A stretch of DNA of 64,000 bases from an uncultured Holophagales bacterium (GCA_963842525.1 CAWJGT010000001.1:480001-544000), one strand, 5' to 3'; shown: positions 1 through 7,856, numbered from the stretch's first letter. Made by a program: numbers and translations. The notes: generated by a model not told the origin, from the letters alone.

Positions 1-208
1 AAGAGGACGGTCTCGACGGCCTTCTCGGGCCAGGGCGGGGACAGGAGCCAGCCGCCGAAGCGGTGCCGCACCGCCTCCTCCTGGAGGGCGCTCAGCCCGG
101 CGCAGCGGTAGGGGCCGCCGGGCAGGGCGAGGGCCACCTCGCGGTCGCCCCAGGGCTCGCCGCTCCGCCGGGCCGGGAACAGGTCGGGGTTGACCAGGAA
201 GGCGGCGC
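1..208 (-). CDS. Hypothetical protein, N-terminal part (runs off window edge); possibly HPr-kinase-like partner of the S26 peptidase
   Basis: ATG at 208 opens a frame with high-GC codon usage (MSFGAAFLVNPDLFPARRSGEPWGDREVALALPGGPY...) just downstream of the peptidase; the family guess is from context only. Confidence 0.55.
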
Positions 209-231
209 CGAAGCTCATCCGGTCCCAGGGG

Positions 232-636
232 TCAGTGGGCAGTCAGGCGGCGGAGGGCGTGCCGAAGGTACTCCAGGGCGGCCCGCAGGCGCAGGACCGG
301 GCCGGCGCCGGGTCCGGCCACCCGGCCGAGCACCCCGTCGAGCGGCACGGGGAAGTCGCGGCACGCGCAGCCGTCTCCCCGCGTGACACAGGCGAGCCGG
401 CCTGCGTGCAGCCGGTAGCCGAGGAACCGGTGCACCCGCAGCCGTCCGTCGGAGGACCGGAAGACGAGGACGTCGCCCGGCCAGTAGAGCCGGGCCGGCG
501 CCACCTCGACGCGGTCGCCGTCCGCCAGGCGGGGGGCCATGCAGCCGCCCCGGACCGTCACCTCGACCGGCCGCTCGCGCGCCATCGCGCGGAGCGTGGC
601 GAAGACCTCGGGCGAGTCCGGGATTCCGGAGCGCAT
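232..636 (-). CDS. S24/S26-family peptidase-like protein
   Basis: Motifs VRGGCMAPRLADGD, GDVLVF, VHRF, TRGD match the signal-peptidase-I (Ser/His type) pattern; TACAAT lies 6 nt before the ATG at 636. Confidence 0.75.
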   Translation of the reverse strand: MRSGIPDSPEVFATLRAMARERPVEVTVRGGCMAPRLADGDRVEVAPARLYWPGDVLVFRSSDGRLRVHRFLGYRLHAGRLACVTRGDGCACRDFPVPLDGVLGRVAGPGAGPVLRLRAALEYLRHALRRLTAH

Positions 637-674
637 GGATGCATTGTAAACGGCGGGCCGGATCTCGCGGACGC

Positions 675-1130
675 TCACGGCGCGCGGAATTCTTCGGGTA
701 TGGAAGGGGCGAGGCGCGGGTCGAGCCGCAGGGCGAGCCCGTAATTGTGGACGGCTTCCTCGGTCCGGCCCTGGCGGGCGTAGGCATGGCCGAGGCCGAG
801 GTAGATCTCCGGCCGGGGCTCGATCGCCTCGGCCTCCCGGTAGGCTTCGGCGGCAGCCTCGTAGTTGCGGAACAGGAGCTGGAGCTCGCCGCGCGCCATC
901 GGGATCTTGACCTCCACCGGATCGAGCTCCTGCGCACCGCGGAGGGCCTGGAGCCCGCCCGCCAGCAGCGCGAGGGGAGCCCGGCCCCGGCTGGACGCCG
1001 CGACGGCTAGCTGCTCTACCCCCCGGAGCTGGCGGCTCGCCGCCATGGCGGACCGCCAGCGGACGGTCTGTGCGGCGAGGGCCGCCGCCAGGACGATCAG
1101 GGCGATCCAGGCCAGGGTCCGGCCCTTCAT
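675..1130 (-). CDS. Tetratricopeptide repeat protein with N-terminal membrane/signal segment
   Basis: MKGRTLAWIALIVLAAALAAQ then TPR-like YEAAAEAYREAEAIEP and YLGLGHAYARQGRTEEAVHNYGLALRLDP; start overlaps the stop of the upstream gene. Confidence 0.75.
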   Translation of the reverse strand: MKGRTLAWIALIVLAAALAAQTVRWRSAMAASRQLRGVEQLAVAASSRGRAPLALLAGGLQALRGAQELDPVEVKIPMARGELQLLFRNYEAAAEAYREAEAIEPRPEIYLGLGHAYARQGRTEEAVHNYGLALRLDPRLAPSIPEEFRAP

Positions 1131-2524
1131 GCCTCCTCCTCCTCGCGGTCGCCCCGGCGGAAGACCCAGCTCAGGAAGAGCAGCGCGGGGAACGCGATCA
1201 GCGCGACCCGGAAGGGAAAATGCACCAGGCAGAGCACGGCGAGAGCCGCCGTGCCGGACCATGCGAGCGCGCTGTCATTGCGGCGGCGGTCCGGGGCGCG
1301 CGCTCCGCGGCGCAGCGCGACGAGGAGCGTCCAGAGCCCCCAGCCCAGGGCGGCGAGGCCGGGGATCCCCCACTCCGCGGCCACCTCCAGCGCCTCGTTG
1401 TGGGCGTTGGCGAACACGGGCTGCACCTGGCGGGTGAAGAACGGGGCCCCGCGGTCGAGCAGGGCCAGCTTGGCGGGCACGAACTCGGGGAGGTAGGCGC
1501 CGTGGCCGACGCCGGTCCAGGGATGCTCGCGGAACATCCAGACCGCCGCCCGCCAGCCGTCGAGCCGTCCGGTGAGCACCGCGTCCCAGCTCCCCTCCCG
1601 GGCCTGCTGCACCTTGACGGCGATGCGGCTGCGCAGCGGCGCCACGGCGAGCACCAGGACGAGCGCCAGGGCGGCGCCGCTGCCGAAGACCGCGACGGCC
1701 CAACGGCGTGGCAGGATCAGGGCCCAGAGGAGGGCGCTCCCCAGGGCGAGGGCGGCCAGCGCCGCCAGGGTCTGGGTGAGGGCGATGGCATAGACGCAGA
1801 GCGCCAGCGCCACGACAGTCCCCCAACGCGCCTTGCCCATCGCGCCGCGGGCCAGAGACCATTGAGCGATCAGCGCCGGGAGCACCAGGTAGGCCGCCAG
1901 GTCGCCCGGGTTGCCCGCCAGCGACGTGACGGACAGCCGCGGGTCATAGGCGACCCCTACCAGCTCCAGCGGTTGGAACAGCCGGTGGAACTGGAGGATG
2001 CCCAGGAGCCCCAGGGCCGCGGCCGGCCAGAGCAGGACGCGCAGCAGGCGCTCCAGCCGGTCCTCGTCCAGCGCCAGGCTCCAACCCACCAGTGCGACAG
2101 CGCCGATCCAGAGGTCGGCCAGCGCTTCGCGCACGTGGAGCGGGTGGTCGCTGGTCCACCACCCCAGCGAGGCGACCAGCAGCGCCGGCACGACCGCCCG
2201 CACGGCGCCGTGGCGCCAGACGTCGGCCAGGCGGACCTCCGCTGCCTTGCGCAGGCGCCAGCTCAGGAGGAGGACCGAGGCCAGCGCCAGCCATTCGCTG
2301 ACCATCAGCTTGGGGAGGCGGAACGACTCGTCGGCGGTCGGCGCCAGCAGGAACGGCGGCACCAGGATCGTCAGCCAGACCGCCAGCACGCCCAGCCGCT
2401 CGAGCCGCGACGTCCGGAGCTCGGGGACCGGCCGCGGGGCCGCGCCCGTCCGGTGTCCTCGGGAGGGTTTCACGGCAGTCTGTGCGGTGGCGGCGCGCCG
2501 GGCGGGCTTGCGAGACGGCTTCAC
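1127..2524 (-). CDS. O-antigen ligase (Wzy_C) family membrane protein
   Basis: Multiple TM helices; GNP, GR..W..A..MFREHPWTGVGHG and AHNEALEVAAEWGIPG motifs; GTG at 2524 lies 9 nt after TATACT. Confidence 0.85.
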   Translation of the reverse strand: MKPSRKPARRAATAQTAVKPSRGHRTGAAPRPVPELRTSRLERLGVLAVWLTILVPPFLLAPTADESFRLPKLMVSEWLALASVLLLSWRLRKAAEVRLADVWRHGAVRAVVPALLVASLGWWTSDHPLHVREALADLWIGAVALVGWSLALDEDRLERLLRVLLWPAAALGLLGILQFHRLFQPLELVGVAYDPRLSVTSLAGNPGDLAAYLVLPALIAQWSLARGAMGKARWGTVVALALCVYAIALTQTLAALAALALGSALLWALILPRRWAVAVFGSGAALALVLVLAVAPLRSRIAVKVQQAREGSWDAVLTGRLDGWRAAVWMFREHPWTGVGHGAYLPEFVPAKLALLDRGAPFFTRQVQPVFANAHNEALEVAAEWGIPGLAALGWGLWTLLVALRRGARAPDRRRNDSALAWSGTAALAVLCLVHFPFRVALIAFPALLFLSWVFRRGDREEEEA

Positions 2525-2601
2525 AGCGGGGGGAGTATATCCCGGCCCCCTCGGCAACCGCGGTTGGGCGTGGTCGAACGAGGGGGCCGGGCGGGAGGGC
2601 G

Positions 2602-3177
2602 TTACGGCTGCGGCGGGCGCCGATATCCGTCCCGGTCGTGATCGTCGTCCCGGTCGCGGTCGTAGCGGCCGTCATACCGTCCATTCCGGCCGCCGCGGTA
2701 GCGGCCTCCCCGGCGCGAGTAGTCGTCATAGCGGCCGTAATAGCGGGTCAGCTCGGAGAGGATGCCTCCGATCTGGTCGAGGCCGCGCTCGACGTAGCTC
2801 CTGCGCCCGGTGTAGCGCAGCGACTCCTCGGCCGCGTAAAAGGCGTCGAGCAGGCGCTGGAAGTCGCGTTCGGTGCTGCGGGGGTCACGGCCGTAACCAT
2901 CCACCTGACCGCGAAAGCGGTCCGCCTGCCGCTCGAGCTCGTGCAGGCGGATGGCCACCCGCTCCTCGTTGCGGTCCGGCCGCCGGTTGTTACGTTCGAA
3001 CTCCCGGTGGACATAGGTCGTGGTGTGCTCGAGCTGAGAGGCGAGCTCGGCCACGCGCCTCATGTCCGTGCGGCCCGGATAGCGTCCATACCGGTCATCC
3101 TGGCGGTCGGCGCTCCAGGCGGCCGGGGGCAGGGTGAAAGCGAGAAGTGCGGAGGTCAACAAAATCGTACGTCTCAT
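2602..3177 (-). CDS. Secreted hypothetical protein with helical core and R/D/G/Y-rich tail
   Basis: Sec signal MRRTILLTSALLAFTLPPAAWSA; AAGGAG RBS upstream. Confidence 0.75.
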   Translation of the reverse strand: MRRTILLTSALLAFTLPPAAWSADRQDDRYGRYPGRTDMRRVAELASQLEHTTTYVHREFERNNRRPDRNEERVAIRLHELERQADRFRGQVDGYGRDPRSTERDFQRLLDAFYAAEESLRYTGRRSYVERGLDQIGGILSELTRYYGRYDDYSRRGGRYRGGRNGRYDGRYDRDRDDDHDRDGYRRPPQP

Positions 3178-3508
3178 GGGTTTTCTCCTTGGTTGAAGCC
3201 TCGGAGCCTCTCCTAAGGCAAAGCGGATGCCATATCGCAGGATGCTTGAAAACAAAAGAGTTACCGGGATGGAGCGTGCGCGCGGGGGTGGCTGTTGTCT
3301 CCTGGAAAGGACGGTTTGACCTCCGCGCGCATCTGGACTGCTAGGCTCCCGCGCCCGGCAGCCGTAACAGACCTGGGAAGGGCATACGCGCTAACTTTGC
3401 TCTGGGTGTGGAGGGAGCCGCCGACCGCTGAAGCGGGCGGGCGCGATCCTCGACAGCCGCTTCCCGAAACCATCCTCCTGACCGTCTGAAATGCTGGGGA
3501 GACCCGTC

Positions 3509-3587
3509 CTCTGAGCTGGGGGAGCGGGCTCTGAGTTGGGGGAGGCCCGCCCCAGACAGACACGGGGCGCCGGCTCTGAGTTGGGGG
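3509..3587. repeat. Three direct repeats CTCTGAGYTGGGGG
   Basis: Copies at 3509, 3529 and 3574, upstream of the TIR gene. Confidence 0.65.
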
Positions 3588-3700
3588 TGAGCCCCCCTGC
3601 CTGGGGGAGCGTTCCCCCAGGCCAGATGCGCTCCCCCCCAACCCGGCCGTGTGCTGTCCCTGCGGTGTGGCCTTTCGACTCAGGTAGAATTCCTTCATCC

Positions 3701-4201
3701 ATGCCTGGAGCCAAGACCTTCGACGTCTTTCTCAGCCACAACAGCAAGGACAAGACCGCCGTCCTCGAGCTGGCGGAGTCACTGCGGCGCCGGAAGCTGA
3801 AGGTCTGGTTGGACGTGTGGGAGCTGCGGCCTGGGCAGCTCTGGCAGAAGGCCCTGGAAGCGGCCATCGCGAGCATCCGTTCGGCCGCCATCCTCGTTGG
3901 GAAGGACGGTCTGGGTCCCTGGGAAGACCAGGAGATGGATGCATTTCTGCGGAGGTTCGTGAAACGCACTGCCGACAGCGTCATTCCCGTTCTGCTGCCC
4001 GGCGCCCCGGAAAGGGTCGAGCTGCCACTGTTCCTTGAAGGCTTCACCTGGGTCGACCTCAGAGAGGGCCTGATTCCCGCGAAGCTGGACACATTGGTCT
4101 GGGGGATCACCGGCCGCAAACCAAAGCCGCTCCGCGTTGGTCTTCCTCCCCCCTCTCCCGGTGGACGGGGGGGCGATGGGAGAGGGGGGGCAGGGGGGTG
4201 A
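3701..4201 (+). CDS. TIR (TIR_2) domain, probably the N-terminus of the downstream NACHT-FGE gene, separated by a 1-nt frameshift
   Basis: FDVFLSHNSKDK...VWLDVWELRPG...GPWEDQEM (catalytic-type Glu)...IPVLLPG...WVDL; the frame stops inside a G-rich palindromic repeat. Confidence 0.85.
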   Translation: MPGAKTFDVFLSHNSKDKTAVLELAESLRRRKLKVWLDVWELRPGQLWQKALEAAIASIRSAAILVGKDGLGPWEDQEMDAFLRRFVKRTADSVIPVLLPGAPERVELPLFLEGFTWVDLREGLIPAKLDTLVWGITGRKPKPLRVGLPPPSPGGRGGDGRGGAGG

Positions 4202-6464
4202 GGATCCCGACCTCGCCGCCTACCGGGCCTGGGCACTGGACCGCTATCGCGGCCTGAGCCTGATCGGCCTCGGGGCGGCCGACGTCCGGATGCGTTTCGA
4301 GGTGGTCTACGTACCGCTGCGGATCGCCCGCCGGCCGGGCCGCTTCGAGATGGAAGTCGAGACCGGAAAGCGGCCCGGCCGCGGCCTGGGAGCGGCGGGC
4401 TCCGACGAGATCGAGATCGAAGAGATCTTCGCGACCGGCGTGCCGCACTCGCTGGTTCTTGGCCACCCGGGAGCCGGCAAGACGACGTCGCTCCTGAAGC
4501 TCCTCCACCTCTGTCTCGCCGAGGGTCCGAAGCCTCGGAGCTTGGCAGAGGGCACCGTGCCGGTTCTCCTCCGGCTGCGGCACCTCACCGCCGCGGACCT
4601 TGACCGCCCGCTGGCCGATTTCGCCGAGCGCGAGCTGGCCGAGACTTCCGGCGGCGCTCTGCCGGCCGGACTCGGCACCCGCCTATGGGACCGGGGGCGC
4701 CTGCTCCTGCTGCTCGATGGGTTGGACGAGATCGCGGACGAGGCGCTACGCACCCGCGTCTGCGGCTTTCTGGACTTCGCGCTCACCGGCGCCGAGCGGC
4801 GGCACATTCGTGCCATTCTCTCTTGCCGCTTCGCAGGCTATGGGGGGAGGTCCGGTTCGGCGAGCATCCAGGAGTACCTGACGGCGCTCCACATCGCCAG
4901 CCAGGGGGCCGAGTTGCTCGGCGAGCCGTGCGCCCGCTGCGGCGACGAGTGGTGGCACGAAGTCCTGTTGCTGGTGGTGGGGCTGCCAGGCCGGCGGCTC
5001 TTCGGTCCCTTGATGGAGCGGCTGCTCGCCGTGACGGACCTCCCGCAGCGGGAAGACCTGCTGCGCGCCTGCCTCGACGAGGCCGCGGAGGTGGACCTCG
5101 AACCTTTGCTGTCCCGGCTCGTTCCGGAAGAGCCACCGCAGCGTCTGGCCGTGGTATTGCGTCTCCTGCGCGGCCGCTCTGATCCGCGGCTCTTGGAACG
5201 GGTCACACCGCTCATCGAAAGCACGGACGCCGGGGTGGCTGCACTCGCGCGACAGATCGCCGCCGAGCTGAGCCGGCCGGCGGCGGTGGCCAGGCCGGTC
5301 TGCGACCTCTTCGTCGTCCACCACCCGGCCGATGGGGAGAGCGCCTTCGAGTTGGTGCGGGTCCTGCGCCGGGCGGGGCGGCACGTCCTCGTGGCCGGGG
5401 AGGACCCGCTCTCGGAAAACATCGCGGAAGGAACCACTGCTGTGGCCGTGTTGGCCGGCCCGAGCGGTCGTCCACCCTGGGAAGTGAAGGACCTCTACCG
5501 GACCCTTCGCCTCTTCACCCGGCGCCGGAGGCCCCTCGTGCCGGTGCGGCTGCCGGGTGCCGGAACGTTCCCTGCGCCGCCGGGTGACCTCCCGGCTCTG
5601 GACTGGGTCGATCTCCGCCAGGGGTTGGCGCGAGCGGCCGAGGCGTTGGAGCTCGCCCTGGAAAAGAAGCCGGCCATCTTGACGGCACCACCGGCCGGCC
5701 AGCCTTCGGCCGAGCCCGGCCGCACCTGGATCGAGCCGGTCACCGGTATTCGTTTCCTCTGGATTCCGGGTGGGCGGTTCCAGATGGGAGGAAACCGGTT
5801 CCCCGACGAACAGCCTGTTCACTGGGTTCGGGTCTCCCCCTTCTGGCTGGGGGAGACGCCGGTGACCAACCAGCAGTATGCGCTGTTTCTCGATCAGACC
5901 CGCTATCGAGAGCCCGATTTCTGGCGGGACCGGCGCTTCTCCGCCCCGGAGCAGCCGGTGGTCGGCGTGAGCTGGGAGGACGCAGAGGTTTTTTGCGCGT
6001 GGCTCGCGCGCGTTTCTGGCAAGGCCGTGGTCCTGCCCAGCGAGGCGCAGTGGGAATTCGCAGCACGGGGGCCGGACGCACGGGAGTATCCCTGGGGCAA
6101 CGCCGCGCCGGGTGAGACACTGGCCTGTTTCGATCTCGACTTTGAGAAAGGTCAGCCAGCGCCGGTCGGCTCATACCCGGAGGGCCGGGGGCCTTTTGGC
6201 ACGCTGGACCAGGCAGGCAACGTCTGGGAGTGGTGCCTGGACGTTTGGGACGAGAAGGCATATCAGAAGCGCGCAAAGGGAAGGGAGCCCTTGGATCCAG
6301 TGGTCAGTGGCGAAGGGGAAGGGCGGGTGCTTCGGGGCGGCGGCTGTTTCAGCCCCGCGGAGAATCTGCGGGCCGCTTACCGCGACGGGTCCCGCGCCAG
6401 GTTCCGGGACGACGATGTCGGCTTCCGCGTCGCCGCCGCGCCCGCGAGCACCTTGAAGCCTTGA
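4137..6464 (+). CDS. NACHT NTPase - helical region - degenerate TIR - FGE-sulfatase (C-type lectin fold) protein; putative DGR target; internally deleted
   Basis: Walker A GHPGAGKTT, Walker B LLLLDGLDE; TIR-like DLFVVHH...LVPVRLPG...WVDL; FGE motifs IPGGRFQMG, PVTNQQY, LPSEAQWEFAARG, AGNVWEWC, RVLRGG, GFRV. Confidence 0.85.
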   Translation: MVFLPPLPVDGGAMGEGGQGGEDPDLAAYRAWALDRYRGLSLIGLGAADVRMRFEVVYVPLRIARRPGRFEMEVETGKRPGRGLGAAGSDEIEIEEIFATGVPHSLVLGHPGAGKTTSLLKLLHLCLAEGPKPRSLAEGTVPVLLRLRHLTAADLDRPLADFAERELAETSGGALPAGLGTRLWDRGRLLLLLDGLDEIADEALRTRVCGFLDFALTGAERRHIRAILSCRFAGYGGRSGSASIQEYLTALHIASQGAELLGEPCARCGDEWWHEVLLLVVGLPGRRLFGPLMERLLAVTDLPQREDLLRACLDEAAEVDLEPLLSRLVPEEPPQRLAVVLRLLRGRSDPRLLERVTPLIESTDAGVAALARQIAAELSRPAAVARPVCDLFVVHHPADGESAFELVRVLRRAGRHVLVAGEDPLSENIAEGTTAVAVLAGPSGRPPWEVKDLYRTLRLFTRRRRPLVPVRLPGAGTFPAPPGDLPALDWVDLRQGLARAAEALELALEKKPAILTAPPAGQPSAEPGRTWIEPVTGIRFLWIPGGRFQMGGNRFPDEQPVHWVRVSPFWLGETPVTNQQYALFLDQTRYREPDFWRDRRFSAPEQPVVGVSWEDAEVFCAWLARVSGKAVVLPSEAQWEFAARGPDAREYPWGNAAPGETLACFDLDFEKGQPAPVGSYPEGRGPFGTLDQAGNVWEWCLDVWDEKAYQKRAKGREPLDPVVSGEGEGRVLRGGGCFSPAENLRAAYRDGSRARFRDDDVGFRVAAAPASTLKP
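4148..4203. repeat. REP-like palindromic repeat in the TIR/NACHT linker
   Basis: CCCCCTCTCCC...GGGAGAGGGGG..CAGGGGGGTGAGG, same family as 6554, 12662, 24824, 25628 and 26305. Confidence 0.8.
6330..6449 (+). other. Putative DGR variable region VR1
   Basis: 120 nt, 102/120 identical to the reverse complement of 6801-6920; 17 of 18 mismatches at codon positions 1-2. Confidence 0.75.
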
Positions 6465-6480
6465 TTCTTGTTTTGGGGGT

Positions 6481-6499
6481 CCAGGGGCGGAGCCCCTGG
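6481..6499 (+). promoter_or_regulatory. GC hairpin CCAGGGGC-GGA-GCCCCTGG downstream of VR1 (DGR-type target hairpin)
   Basis: Perfect 8-bp stem with 3-nt loop, 16 nt after the stop; identical copy at 6754-6772 on the minus strand. Confidence 0.7.
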
Positions 6500-6553
6500 T
6501 CGCTGCACGACCGGGAGAGAGGGTCTTCCGAGAGAGGGGTAGAGGCGGCTTGG

Positions 6554-6754
6554 GTCCTCACCCCCTGTCCCCCTCTCCCATCTCCCACCCTTCCACCCCC
6601 GGGAGAGGGGGGACGCGGTTGATGCACCTGAAGCGAGGCCGGAGCTCGCTTCGGGCGTGTTGACATCGGGCTCGCCGCGGAGGCGCCAGCTACGTCCCCC
6701 CTCTCCCGGCGGGGGGTGGAAGGGAGATGGGAGAGGGGGACAGGGGGTGAGGAC
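6554..6754. mobile_element. ~200-bp REPIN/MITE-like element with 33-bp perfect terminal inverted repeats
   Basis: GTCCTCACCCCCTGTCCCCCTCTCCCATCTCCC at 6554-6586 and its reverse complement at 6722-6754; homologous along its length to 26305-26508. Confidence 0.75.
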
Positions 6755-6772
6755 CAGGGGCTCCGCCCCTGG
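6754..6772 (-). promoter_or_regulatory. Second copy of the DGR-type hairpin, downstream of VR2
   Basis: Minus strand reads CCAGGGGC-GGA-GCCCCTGG. Confidence 0.7.
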
Positions 6773-6794
6773 ACCCCAAACAAAACCCAAAGAA

Positions 6795-7237
6795 TCAAGG
6801 GCTCGCGGGCGCGGCGGCGACGCGGAAGCCGACAAGGTCGCTCCGGTCCCAGGCGTGGCTCCCGAAGCGGAAAGCGGCCCGCAGATTCCCCGCGGGGAGG
6901 ACCCAGCCGCCGCCCCGAAGCGGCCGTATCGCGTCATCTGCTTTTGTCAGTCCAAGGTCATCCTTGCACCACTCCCAGACGTTGCCTGCCAGATCGCAGT
7001 GACCGGACCAGCCATTTCCTGCCGGATAGATTCCCACCGGCGTCGGGCGGCCTACAGTACCGTCGAAATTCGCATGCTCAGGATCGGGTTCTTCCGCGCC
7101 CCAGGGGTACTCGCCCACCACCGGAGCCGCCGCCTTCTCCCATTCGGCCTCGGTGGGGAGGCGCAGCGGCATTCCTTTCTGCTCGCTCAGCCAGCGGCAA
7201 TAGGCGTCCGCCTCATACCAGGAGACCTCGGTCACCG
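6795..7237 (-). pseudogene. 5'-truncated FGE-sulfatase/C-type-lectin gene carrying putative VR2 (6801-6920)
   Basis: Begins mid-domain at VTEVSWYEADAYCRWL; LPTEAEWEKAA, AGNVWEWC, LRGGGW...GFRVAAAPASP*. Confidence 0.8.
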
Positions 7238-7312
7238 CGCCCCTGGACCCCAGACGAAAGCCAAAAAAATCAAAGAATCAAGGGCTCGCGGGCGCGGCGG
7301 CGACGCGGAAGC
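7238..7312 (-). repeat. Third, truncated copy of the target-gene 3' end (invariant tail, stop and half hairpin)
   Basis: Minus strand GCTTCCGCGTCGCCGCCGCGCCCGCGAGCCCTTGATTCTTT...GGGGTCCAGGGGCG. Confidence 0.8.
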
Positions 7313-7742
7313 GGCAAGAAAACCGTCTTCGACCTTGAGGATGGGGCGGTCGCCGTCGATCCCGTCGACCATGGCGAGGGCGAGGCGGGCGAAGGCGTTC
7401 CAGGCAAAGCGGTCGGTGAAGCCTTCCTTCTCCCGCAGCGCGGTCCGCGAGGCGATCAGCCATTTGATGACTGCCCTGTAGACGCGCGACCGCCCTTCCG
7501 GCAGGTGGCCCTCGTTCCAATGCACCACGCAGAGGCAGGTGAGCATCACCGGGTTGGTGGCGAGCCGGCGGACCCGCGGCAGGTCGCAGATCGCGGAGAC
7601 CAGGTCCGCCCGGTAGCGTTCGGCCTCGCCGCGCAGGGCTTGCGGGTCTTCCGCCGCATGGAGGCCCGCAACCCAGTGATCGAGGAAGGTACGGATCTCA
7701 GCTTCCCCGAAAGGATCGATGACGGCGGTGTGAAACCCCATC
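7313..7742 (-). pseudogene. Internal fragment of a NACHT protein (post-ATPase helical/winged-helix region)
   Basis: IDPFGEAEIRTFLDHW...RRLATNPVMLTCLCVVH...LPEGRSRVY...FARLALAM is typical of NACHT HD1; no own start or C-terminus. Confidence 0.7.
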
Positions 7743-7856
7743 CGCGTCCTGCCAGTGGGAAGCAGCCATGAACTCTTCGTGGCCGACTGTGACGTAGCTC
7801 TCGATTTTCGCAACGGCATCGAGAATATGCCGCAGGTAAGGCTCGTCTCGGCTCAC
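7743..7856 (-). pseudogene. Truncated HEPN (DUF86/HepT-like) toxin, first ~38 codons only
   Basis: GTG overlapping the MNT stop reads MSRDEPYLRHILDAVAKIESYVTVGHEEFMAASHWQDA, then joins unrelated NACHT sequence; no RxxxxH motif. Confidence 0.75.

Noticed and set aside
6330-7312. Shufflon/invertase system as the primary explanation of the inverted repeats
   Set aside because: No recombinase gene nearby, and the codon-position-biased mismatches plus hairpin fit DGR mutagenesis better; incidental inversion remains possible
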